From: an uncultured virus (IMG/VR IMGVR_UViG_3300035698_018388)
Lineage: Duplodnaviria; Heunggongvirae; Uroviricota; Caudoviricetes
Virus record (IMG/VR): IMGVR_UViG_3300035698_018388
Direction: 5' to 3' (one strand)
DNA length: 64,000 nucleotides
Shown here: piece by piece, positions 20,424 to 29,000 of the stretch
Numbering within the stretch: the first letter of the stretch is position 1
Layout of the letters: each line of letters begins with the position of its first letter
The notes under the pieces: generated by a model
The model's input: only the letters and a program-made list of their open reading frames with translations
Told to the model about the DNA's origin: nothing
The model's database searches: none
Position numbers and translations under genes: made by a program

Positions 20424-23330
20424 TTATCCTAACTGCACTTTCGGCAGCCAAATACTTTGTCCAAAGTTACTCCAATTATCAGGTGTGTACGGATTATCTG
20501 TAATAGCAAAATTTGCGATCATTATATTTGCCACATTTGTTTCAGAGGCATCATCAGCAGTAAAAAACATAGTGGCATCCAAAGTCGGTGCAACATCAAC
20601 ACCTGTTTGCAAAATACTACTTGCTCCTCCCAGACCATCAACTTCAATTTCTAAATAAGTACTTGCTTTCCAACGACATACAACGGGATGCCACTTTATA
20701 TCATCAGCGGGAAATGCAGTTGTCATTCTAACAGAATCAGTATTATATAGAAAAACAATATCATTATCCGAATCGTCCCACCAAATTTTAAAAGCAGCAT
20801 CAGCGTAAAAGAAGGTGCAATCACCAGCTAAAGCTGCGTTTGGAGCAAACCAGAAGCAAAGCATTCCTTCAGCAGCAGATATATTTCCTGCGGTTGCTGC
20901 TGAAGCGTATTCAGGATTTGCATCCGATTGATCATTTCTAAATGCTTTATCCCCACTTGGAGCATCTTGTGTATAATCACCATTACTGGTTATATCCGTA
21001 CCTATTGGAGTTACATCTGCACCATTCCATAAAAAATTTACATCCTCATCAGCCACGGCAACTTCAACTTCCCCATTGCCAACCCAAGGGCCACCGCCAA
21101 ATGGGATAATACAACCATCAAATAACTTTATTTCTTCCGCGTAGAACGCACCATAATATGACAGGCCAGCTATATGGAAAACAGTAGGCTTTCCGGCCCA
21201 ATCTTCCGCGATTGTCGGTGTGATAAAAATTGCATCATTGATCGCAAGGTAGCCAAATTTTTTAGCCACATTAATGCCAAATTTAATTGTATGCCATTGT
21301 TGTAAATTTGTATTAGATTTATAATAACTGCCAGTATGACAGGCCGCTGCAATACTATAGGAATTGCCACCAAAATACAGACCAAGAGTCCATGCTTGCT
21401 GTGCGGATGTAAAATAAAGCGTAATGAAATCATTGACACCATAAGAAAAGTAAAAATAGGATTCACTACCCGGAGTAATGGTATGATTTGGTTTTACTTT
21501 CATCATTATCGTGAAATTGCTTTCATCAAAAGTTGCATGAGCCAGAATTGATGACCAATTAATATATTCATCCGTACCATTAAAAAGAAAAGATTTTCCA
21601 CGAACAGCATCCGAATTTGTTACTTCATCACAAGTTGCATTTACCAATTCACCATCATAAGCTCCTAAAACATCATCAACGACTGTATCGACATCTATAT
21701 CATCACATTTTAAATAACCAAGAAGCGGGTCAGTTCCCGGTGAAGCCCCATAAAGCAAAGGCCAATCAGGGACAACAATAGCAGGACAATTTTCAGCTTG
21801 TCCAAAGGTAATCTTCCCTGCATTACTACTATGATCGATATGCCTTGCTGCATCTGTGGCTTGACCATCAGCATCGGTAATAATATCTGGAATATTCTGA
21901 TCAGTAATTGCCGTACCAGTATTTATTGTTGCTGCTGTATCATTTTTGTATTGAATTCCTAAAACAAGACGGTCAGCCGAATCATAAAGTAGTGCAGCCC
22001 CAACGCGTTCTTCGGTGTCAACAATAACCATATTTGCTATTGTATGTGTACCAGCACTTATTGTTGTTGCTGTGGTGTATCTGGAAAATACACCTACTGC
22101 CGCACTCCAAATGTATTCGTCAAATGTTGCACCAACTTCTGTGTGTTCAAGATTTATTACTTGAAGATTAACCTCATCAGAAGTTAATCCAATATAATCA
22201 CCCGTTTTTATCCCAACACTTCCACCATTGCCAGAATTCTTTTCCGCTGCACCATCCTCATATATATAATCTTCATTAGTATTTGCTCCAAATTCAAGTC
22301 GAAACAGACCACCACTTGAAACAAGAGTTATAGTATCTGAAGTTACCCAAGTACTTTGCCAAGTATAACGGTCTGAATAAATAGTCCAAATGACCTGATA
22401 AGAAGTGGAATTGGCCATTACTGTTGGCCCTGTCTCATACAAATTTCCTGTGACTCTTATAACCACCCTTGTTGAATTATTCTCAAGGATTTCCAAGACT
22501 CTATTCGAATCAATATCAAATTCAAAATAACCAGCAGAAGTACGCAAAGATCCTGTTTCTAAATTACATAAAACCGTTGATCCATTCAACATATAAATCT
22601 TTGATGAAACTGCTCCTTGAGCAATACGCAATATATAACCATCACAAGTAACATTGACATATGTGCTTTGTTCATCAATAGACAGATAAGGATCAATTAT
22701 CAGGCTATCCTTGACACCTTTTGGTTCAAAGATGATTTCATAAATCGGATGTTTCTCTTCATCAAAGCCAATAAAGTTTTCTTCAATATTACCTTTGTAA
22801 TCAGAATAATCCAATATGGTATCAAACTCATTATAAATAGTAACAACCATCCGCCCACGGATTACATAACCGGGTTTCTCCAAATAGAAGGTGAGTTTAT
22901 TCTTTCGCTCAGTTTTAGGATCGCCACCGATAAATTCAGAATTAATTTTAAAGCCAGTCATTTCAGCTGAAACTTTATCAGTCAAAACATCTTTTGTGAT
23001 TGTTGATTTCAAGCCGTCAAGTTCTTTGGTAACAGCCAGTGTTTTGGTATCAACCGTTTCCAAATATAATTTCATAACCGCTGCAAGTTTATTATTATAA
23101 AACAACTTGCAACAATCATTATAAATATGTAAATCCTGTAAGCCTTCATTCTCAGCACGTTTGCGGTAGCTTATGCCTTCTTTGAATTGGATCTCTTGGC
23201 ATGAAAGTGTATATGGATATTTGGTTTCGAGTACTTCACCCTTTTCGTCATAGGTTATCTCAGGGCGTGTTTCATCCGGGAGATAAAACAGGTGCGGAGT
23301 CTTTACACTATTTATTTCTTTGAGATTCAT
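20424..23330 (-). CDS. large virion protein with LamG/concanavalin-like domains
   Basis: 968 aa; F.GTDEYI, FTI...VKP, WH.I, KWH.V..RW LamG-like motifs. Confidence 0.65.
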   Translation of the reverse strand: MNLKEINSVKTPHLFYLPDETRPEITYDEKGEVLETKYPYTLSCQEIQFKEGISYRKRAENEGLQDLHIYNDCCKLFYNNKLAAVMKLYLETVDTKTLAVTKELDGLKSTITKDVLTDKVSAEMTGFKINSEFIGGDPKTERKNKLTFYLEKPGYVIRGRMVVTIYNEFDTILDYSDYKGNIEENFIGFDEEKHPIYEIIFEPKGVKDSLIIDPYLSIDEQSTYVNVTCDGYILRIAQGAVSSKIYMLNGSTVLCNLETGSLRTSAGYFEFDIDSNRVLEILENNSTRVVIRVTGNLYETGPTVMANSTSYQVIWTIYSDRYTWQSTWVTSDTITLVSSGGLFRLEFGANTNEDYIYEDGAAEKNSGNGGSVGIKTGDYIGLTSDEVNLQVINLEHTEVGATFDEYIWSAAVGVFSRYTTATTISAGTHTIANMVIVDTEERVGAALLYDSADRLVLGIQYKNDTAATINTGTAITDQNIPDIITDADGQATDAARHIDHSSNAGKITFGQAENCPAIVVPDWPLLYGASPGTDPLLGYLKCDDIDVDTVVDDVLGAYDGELVNATCDEVTNSDAVRGKSFLFNGTDEYINWSSILAHATFDESNFTIMMKVKPNHTITPGSESYFYFSYGVNDFITLYFTSAQQAWTLGLYFGGNSYSIAAACHTGSYYKSNTNLQQWHTIKFGINVAKKFGYLAINDAIFITPTIAEDWAGKPTVFHIAGLSYYGAFYAEEIKLFDGCIIPFGGGPWVGNGEVEVAVADEDVNFLWNGADVTPIGTDITSNGDYTQDAPSGDKAFRNDQSDANPEYASAATAGNISAAEGMLCFWFAPNAALAGDCTFFYADAAFKIWWDDSDNDIVFLYNTDSVRMTTAFPADDIKWHPVVCRWKASTYLEIEVDGLGGASSILQTGVDVAPTLDATMFFTADDASETNVANIMIANFAITDNPYTPDNWSNFGQSIWLPKVQLG

Positions 23331-23332
23331 TA

Positions 23333-23974
23333 TTACCTCACAACCAGACTTGATCTTCTATACAAATCCAATTTGCTTTTGGCTTCTGGTGGAGGATTCT
23401 TCGGGTCAACAACTCTGGTCGAATAAATAGCTGCTGCCCACAATTTTATTCCGTCCCTTATTATTTCAGGAACGTCTGAAGAAACCGTTCCATACCCTGC
23501 TTTATAGCGAATTCCAAAACCGCTATAATCCCTTGAAGTATTTTCCGGTTCACTCACAGACTGTTTTATTATTAACTTCCCCGGTTGTGCAGAAGGAATA
23601 CAATAATAACTCGAAGAACTATACTCCGTCTCAGCATCATCTTCGTCCAAAGTAAATACTTTTGTAATCGAAATCAATGGTGGCCTTGGAAGATCTATTA
23701 CATCACCGGGCCAAAAGTCCATAAGGGCTTTTATTGTCTGCTCTATAAATGCCCTTCCAGTATATTCCTCCGCTGCCATTCTTGCAGACACAATAAAGCC
23801 GGTAAGCAAATCATCTTCCGCAGAAGTAGTTATCCTTGAGAATGTTTTTAATTCCGCAAGAGAAACGGGTTCTGTCTCCGGCCCCGTTTCTACTACCCAA
23901 TTCATATTCCCATCTTTGGGGAGACGTTTACCAATTAAACTACTTGACTGCCCAAAAGGATTATAATCTGACAT
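23333..23974 (-). CDS. head-tail connector (HK97 gp6/phiE125 gp8-like)
   Basis: EPVSLAE.K...RI, I.SAR..AE.YTGRA.I.QT, Y.AGYG...DVP motifs. Confidence 0.9.
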   Translation of the reverse strand: MSDYNPFGQSSSLIGKRLPKDGNMNWVVETGPETEPVSLAELKTFSRITTSAEDDLLTGFIVSARMAAEEYTGRAFIEQTIKALMDFWPGDVIDLPRPPLISITKVFTLDEDDAETEYSSSSYYCIPSAQPGKLIIKQSVSEPENTSRDYSGFGIRYKAGYGTVSSDVPEIIRDGIKLWAAAIYSTRVVDPKNPPPEAKSKLDLYRRSSLVVR

Positions 23975-23986
23975 TTCTATGATCCT

Positions 23987-24496
23987 TTATTTTTTAATTG
24001 CTTCACGGATCTCATTAACTTCACTTTCCGTCAAACCCGAAGAAGACGTACTTGTAAAAATACCAAGCCCCTTTGCTACTTTAACAATTTTTTTGGATGA
24101 CCTTCCAAGTTCTTCAGCCAATTGAAAAACTCGCATGAATGCCCTTCCGGATTTATTATCTTTGTCTTCTTTTTCGTCATCATCATCGGAGTCATCATCG
24201 CTCTGATCATCATCATCTTTTTCATCATCGCCGCCGGTCAAAAGATCAGAAACAACATCATCTTCCGTTTTATCTTCTTCAGAACTTTTGTTATCAGGAG
24301 CGTTTCCCATCGCTGCATTTTTTGGAGCAGACGAAACTGCTTTTTCTTCAATCACAAATTCGGCAACACCCATTCCAACAAACGTTTTTGCCAACTTATC
24401 AACAACATGATATTTTATACCGGCAGCAAATTTCGTAACATGGCTACCATCCTGACTTCCCGGAGTTGACTTCTTCATCAAAATTTCAATAGTCAT
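23987..24496 (-). CDS. hypothetical protein with acidic linker and C-terminal IF2_N-like domain
   Basis: C-terminus MRVFQLAEELGRSSKKIVKVAKGLGI...SSGLTESEVNEIR. Confidence 0.65.
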   Translation of the reverse strand: MTIEILMKKSTPGSQDGSHVTKFAAGIKYHVVDKLAKTFVGMGVAEFVIEEKAVSSAPKNAAMGNAPDNKSSEEDKTEDDVVSDLLTGGDDEKDDDDQSDDDSDDDDEKEDKDNKSGRAFMRVFQLAEELGRSSKKIVKVAKGLGIFTSTSSSGLTESEVNEIREAIKK

Positions 24497-24559
24497 TTTT
24501 TATTTCTCCTTATTGATTATCACCGTTTATAAAATTCTCCTTCTTGAAAACGATAAAGT

Positions 24560-25132
24560 TTATTCTACAACATTTCCTTTTGTTGCAACAATCGCCCAAA
24601 TATTATCGGCAATAGCCAGAAGATGAACCATACAATCACTGGCAAGCGAAGTGTGCATTTCAAATCCACTAATATCGGCACCAACAGAACCAAGAATGAG
24701 ACAACCGGAATGCGAAAAATCAATTTGAGTACTTGCATTTGTAAACGTTCCTATTGAATCACCATGAAGATAAAGAAAAACCTCACGACCAGCAGATACA
24801 GAAGTCAACCAGAATGAAGCACTTTGCGTTGTATCCGACCCATAAAATCTCACATGGCGAACGTTCTTGGGCAGATTGGAAACCGCAAGATCAATAGCAG
24901 CCGGCTCAGGTTCAATTACTACCGTCCCGGCAAATTCACTTGCCAATATTCTTCGTGCATCATCAACAGCTAAATCGGCTCCGGCCAATCCGAGAACGGC
25001 ACAACTAATCATGCTCAAAGCAGCGCCACTTTCAAGAGTAATTTCTCCACCGCTTGCAGCGATAAACTTATCACCACCCGTTCGAGAACCACCCTCAAAA
25101 TACACTTTTGTAGTGTAAGTTTCATCAGGCAT
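24560..25132 (-). CDS. putative head-associated protein (paralogue 2)
   Basis: Paralogous to 25199-25774; downstream of capsid. Confidence 0.65.
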   Translation of the reverse strand: MPDETYTTKVYFEGGSRTGGDKFIAASGGEITLESGAALSMISCAVLGLAGADLAVDDARRILASEFAGTVVIEPEPAAIDLAVSNLPKNVRHVRFYGSDTTQSASFWLTSVSAGREVFLYLHGDSIGTFTNASTQIDFSHSGCLILGSVGADISGFEMHTSLASDCMVHLLAIADNIWAIVATKGNVVE

Positions 25133-25198
25133 AATAATTTCCTCCCCTTAACAATTTTAAAAATATTTAATATTAACTATATTTAATTCTGCTTTCTT

Positions 25199-25774
25199 TT
25201 ACTCCTGTTTGACGTATCCCATCTGCCCAACAATTGACCAGACATCATCGGCAATCGCTGTCAAATGAACCATCGTACAACTTGCAACTGAAGCGTAAAG
25301 CACAAAACTCGCAACCGCATCACCAACAGATCCAAGAATAATACAACCAGAAGTCAAAACAGTAAGGCCAGTTTCATTTGCCGTAAACGCTCCGGTGTGG
25401 TCTCCAAGCATCATTAAATACAATTCACGACCAGCAGATACAGAAGTCAACCAGATTGAAGGTTGAGAAGCAGATATCGCTCCAAGAACTTTAACAACTC
25501 TTTCATTTCTTGGAACATTACTGATTGCAAGAACACTTTCTGTTGCTAATACCGTTCCCGTTTCGATTAAAGTTGTACCACCAAATTCACTTGCCAATAT
25601 TCTTCTTGCATCGTCAGCAGCAACATCTGCTCCTGCAAGCCCTAAATTTGCGGAGCTAATCATGCTCAGTACTGCTCCACTTTCAAGAGTAATTTCGCCA
25701 CCACTTCCTGCGACCATACGCCCGGCACCATTTTCAAGATATACTTTTGTTTGATACGTTTCATCCTGAGCCAT
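25199..25774 (-). CDS. putative head-associated protein (paralogue 1)
   Basis: Shares DETY.TKVY.E, SGGEITLESGA, DDARRILASEF, WLTSVSAGRE with 24560-25132. Confidence 0.65.
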   Translation of the reverse strand: MAQDETYQTKVYLENGAGRMVAGSGGEITLESGAVLSMISSANLGLAGADVAADDARRILASEFGGTTLIETGTVLATESVLAISNVPRNERVVKVLGAISASQPSIWLTSVSAGRELYLMMLGDHTGAFTANETGLTVLTSGCIILGSVGDAVASFVLYASVASCTMVHLTAIADDVWSIVGQMGYVKQE

Positions 25775-25871
25775 ATTTAAAATCCTCCCAAAAATACATT
25801 AGAATTTTTAGAATAGAAGTGGAGGATTTCTCCCCCACTTCTCTTTTGTTATATTTAACTACAATTAACGA

Positions 25872-26501
25872 TTACGCACCAGCGGTTCCATCGGTCGCCC
25901 GTTTGACCATATTGATCGGCCAATCACCTTCCAACCCAAGGACACAGAAGGCAGCAAAACCAACACCGGATACTTCAGCAGCAGCACTTGCAGACAGGTG
26001 CATTCTTACCCATCTTCGAGTGCCAATATATCCGGCTCCCCATACATGAGATTCCACATAGCTGAGATAACCAGTAGCAACTGAAACTCCATAAAAATGG
26101 AAAGTACCTTCATCCGGTCCAGAGCCACAAGAGGTTCCATCCATACCGGCCATGAATCCCCAAGAAGTATTACCGACATCGGACATTTGCCCTTCAAGCG
26201 TTTCATCAAAGAGCATTTGCGATGCCTGACAATTCGACCAGACAACCGTTCCGGCGGCATTGCTTTCTCCATGCTGCATACGGCAGAAGTAACCAGACAA
26301 AGCACTTCCGGGCTGAACACCAGAAGCCCAAGTAGACGCCGATGTAATAACATCAAACTTCATAGCATGAAGAAAAGTTACTGTTTCATAACCCTGCCGA
26401 TCAATGGTTTCCCCATCGATACCGACAAGTCCAGCGGTCATTTGCGGCTGAATCGCCGTGAAAAATTTGAAATTGCTATAACCGTCTCTTACTCCACCCA
26501 T
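25872..26501 (-). CDS. putative head decoration protein
   Basis: G.TIDRQGYE and GYIG.RR..R motifs, common in genes right after HK97 capsid genes. Confidence 0.65.
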   Translation of the reverse strand: MGGVRDGYSNFKFFTAIQPQMTAGLVGIDGETIDRQGYETVTFLHAMKFDVITSASTWASGVQPGSALSGYFCRMQHGESNAAGTVVWSNCQASQMLFDETLEGQMSDVGNTSWGFMAGMDGTSCGSGPDEGTFHFYGVSVATGYLSYVESHVWGAGYIGTRRWVRMHLSASAAAEVSGVGFAAFCVLGLEGDWPINMVKRATDGTAGA

Positions 26502-26577
26502 AAGATTTCCTCCTTATGTTTATAATTAAAATTAAAAAAGATAAAACAATAAAGTTAGTCGTTAAAAGAAATACTAC

Positions 26578-28002
26578 TTAGACAGAAATAACACCCAATT
26601 TAATAGCCTGAAAATTGGTCACATCGCCGCCTACACGTTTGCGGGTATAGAACTCCACATACGGTTTGACGGTATAGGGGTCACGTTGCATTGTGATGCC
26701 CAAACGGTCAACAATCATGTATGCATCTCGCCAATCGGCAATCGCAACGGACAGCGCACTTGCGGCCACTACAGGCATGGTTGTAGACATACGAACAGGC
26801 AATCCCAGAATGGTGCTGGTTTCATCTCGGGAAAGTCCGGGGGACCAGATATATCTTCCCGATCCATCTTTGAGATACATTGCATCGGCAACAGACTGAC
26901 GATTCATCATCCACGTTCCGCGATTCAAGAACTGTTCAATCAAGGAGTACTTCAGACCAATAAAACCATCAGCAGTCAAAGCAGCGGCAGCACCCATTGC
27001 TACCTGTTCTACTTTACCCCATTGATCAACTCCGGCAGTATCATAATCGTCATAGGTCAGAAACCCACGAGGTTTTCCAACGCCATTACCATCAACAAAC
27101 GCAGCCGCTTCACCACGGAGGAAACGATTGGCAACTTTGTCTGCCAACCAGCTTTCAATATTGATACCGGAATCCTCCAGAAGTGTTTGAGTCGCTCTGG
27201 GTTTGGCATACATCACATGAACGGGAATTCTTTTCTTATACAACTGAGGAGTATCCGTTTCCCCTCCAGTTTCCGTTTCGCCTTCCCATCCCCAACCGGC
27301 CTCACCATAGTCAACAAGCCATTCAATTGCTCCTGTTGAAATTGACTCCACCGCAGAAATTTGCCGGATAGGATCGGATTCAAACATCCGTGTAATAACC
27401 CGGTTGCTCATTACCGGCGTGACCGTATAACCACCATCAGGATCAATACCAACCGAAAGGGCTTTCACCTGATCGGCAGTAGCACGACGTTCATCACTTC
27501 GGAGGAAACCCTCAAAGGATTTGATGTATGCCTTATACTCGTCAAGGTTAACCTCCATATCCTTGACACGATTAAAGGTTGCACCTTTTTCTCCTTTGTC
27601 TTTTACAACCAGAGCATTGATCATAAACGACTTCGCCGCTTCCATCATTTCAGCAGTTTCTTTTTCATCATCACCGCCAGAGCCACCAGTCCGTTGCATG
27701 GCAACTTCAATTTCATCCATGCGTTTGTTAGCCGCTTCTTCAGCAATGGTAGCCGAAGCAATGCTCTTGTCGATTTCATCCTGCCGGGTAGTAATATCAC
27801 TTGACAGTTTTGAGATCTTCTCCGCAACGGTAGCCTCCAGTTTATCGGTTCCCATACCCTCCTTAACCGAATCAACGACTGCGGCCAGTTCATCATAATT
27901 CTTGCGAAGAGCATCGTAGTTTTCCTTGGAATTGTCTCCAAGTTTTTTGATTTCCTTCTGAACAGCCTCGACAACTTCTTTAACATCAACAGGTTCGGCC
28001 AT
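26578..28002 (-). CDS. major capsid protein, HK97 fold
   Basis: ALS.G.DPDGGY.V, YA.P.ATQ.LL.DS, G.G..KP.GFL, RDPY..KPYV.FY..KRVGG motifs; coiled-coil delta domain. Confidence 0.97.
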   Translation of the reverse strand: MAEPVDVKEVVEAVQKEIKKLGDNSKENYDALRKNYDELAAVVDSVKEGMGTDKLEATVAEKISKLSSDITTRQDEIDKSIASATIAEEAANKRMDEIEVAMQRTGGSGGDDEKETAEMMEAAKSFMINALVVKDKGEKGATFNRVKDMEVNLDEYKAYIKSFEGFLRSDERRATADQVKALSVGIDPDGGYTVTPVMSNRVITRMFESDPIRQISAVESISTGAIEWLVDYGEAGWGWEGETETGGETDTPQLYKKRIPVHVMYAKPRATQTLLEDSGINIESWLADKVANRFLRGEAAAFVDGNGVGKPRGFLTYDDYDTAGVDQWGKVEQVAMGAAAALTADGFIGLKYSLIEQFLNRGTWMMNRQSVADAMYLKDGSGRYIWSPGLSRDETSTILGLPVRMSTTMPVVAASALSVAIADWRDAYMIVDRLGITMQRDPYTVKPYVEFYTRKRVGGDVTNFQAIKLGVISV

Positions 28003-28050
28003 GTTAAATCCTCCTTATCTTTTGATTAAAGTAAAAAACATAAAACAAAT

Positions 28051-28815
28051 TTACACGTTAACTTTTTTTAACGCATCCAAAATACCGGACATCCCTTTTG
28101 TTTGCCGGAAGACATCAAGATCATCATTGATGCTTTTTAATCCTTCCAACAAAATAGAAACACCTTCCACTCCTTCATCCAATTCTTCTTCGCCACCTGC
28201 TGACTCCCTCAGCTTCAGTTGCGGCCCAACAAGAGCAGTAATATATAACGCATCGGATTTAGAAACACCTAACTCCCTCAGGCCTTTCTCAAATTCCCTC
28301 GGCGTTTTCGCCTCGTCAAGTGCTTTGACTTGCGTGACGGTTGCTCCCAATTTTGCGGGAAAAGTAACAATACTCAATTCCCATAAGTCTACTTTTGTGA
28401 GTGTTCTTATTTTCTTTTCATCATCACGTTCTGATAAAATCGTATCATACCCAATTGACAATCCCATCTTAAAAGTTCCAAGTTGAGAAGACAATTTTAA
28501 AATTTCATACACATCACTTCCAAGAGAAGTCTTGAGCGCAAGAGCACCCGTAACCTTTAACCCTTTACCATCTTCAGCCATAGAAGCCCAGACACCGGGG
28601 ATCTTATCAGACTGATGTTGCCAGAGCATTGCTACTCCGGTTTTGTTTCTTCCACCAGCCAAAAGCGAATCAACAAAAGCTCCTTTAGCAACGAGATCGC
28701 CATACGCATCAGGAGTCTTATTAAACAAGGAGCCATGCCCCTTGAAAATTCCATCCTCCTGAATGTCCTCCGCCTTAACTTCTAATGGAACATCCAAAAA
28801 ATCATCTTTTCCCAT
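28051..28815 (-). CDS. HK97-family prohead protease
   Basis: MLWQH, GLSIGY, L.ELSIVTFPA motifs. Confidence 0.95.
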   Translation of the reverse strand: MGKDDFLDVPLEVKAEDIQEDGIFKGHGSLFNKTPDAYGDLVAKGAFVDSLLAGGRNKTGVAMLWQHQSDKIPGVWASMAEDGKGLKVTGALALKTSLGSDVYEILKLSSQLGTFKMGLSIGYDTILSERDDEKKIRTLTKVDLWELSIVTFPAKLGATVTQVKALDEAKTPREFEKGLRELGVSKSDALYITALVGPQLKLRESAGGEEELDEGVEGVSILLEGLKSINDDLDVFRQTKGMSGILDALKKVNV

Positions 28816-28845
28816 AATAATTCCTCCTTGTTATTAACAAAATTT

Positions 28846-28998
28846 TTATGCCCTATCACCTTCAGGATCTTGGGAAGTATCCTCCATTAATACTATTGGA
28901 TATGGGCTTCCATCTTTATGAACAAACTCAATTGAATCTAACCAAAGGTTAAAATCTTCTTCTTCTGCTTCTGTCCAATTGTCATATGGATCTTGCAT
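28846..28998 (-). CDS. small acidic protein, candidate immunity protein of the MuF fusion
   Basis: 50 aa MQDPYDNWTEAEEEDFNLWLDSIEF..., starts 2 nt after MuF stop; below ORF-track cut-off. Confidence 0.5.
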   Translation of the reverse strand: MQDPYDNWTEAEEEDFNLWLDSIEFVHKDGSPYPIVLMEDTSQDPEGDRA

Positions 28999-29000
28999 TT

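Noticed and set aside
19635..25774. Diversity-generating retroelement template/variable repeats
   Set aside because: Duplications are in-frame coding repeats or paralogues without adenine-specific differences; no reverse transcriptase
26686..27898. Long plus-strand ORFs opposite the capsid gene (and similar antisense ORFs elsewhere)
   Set aside because: Shadow frames of well-supported genes with no motifs or RBS
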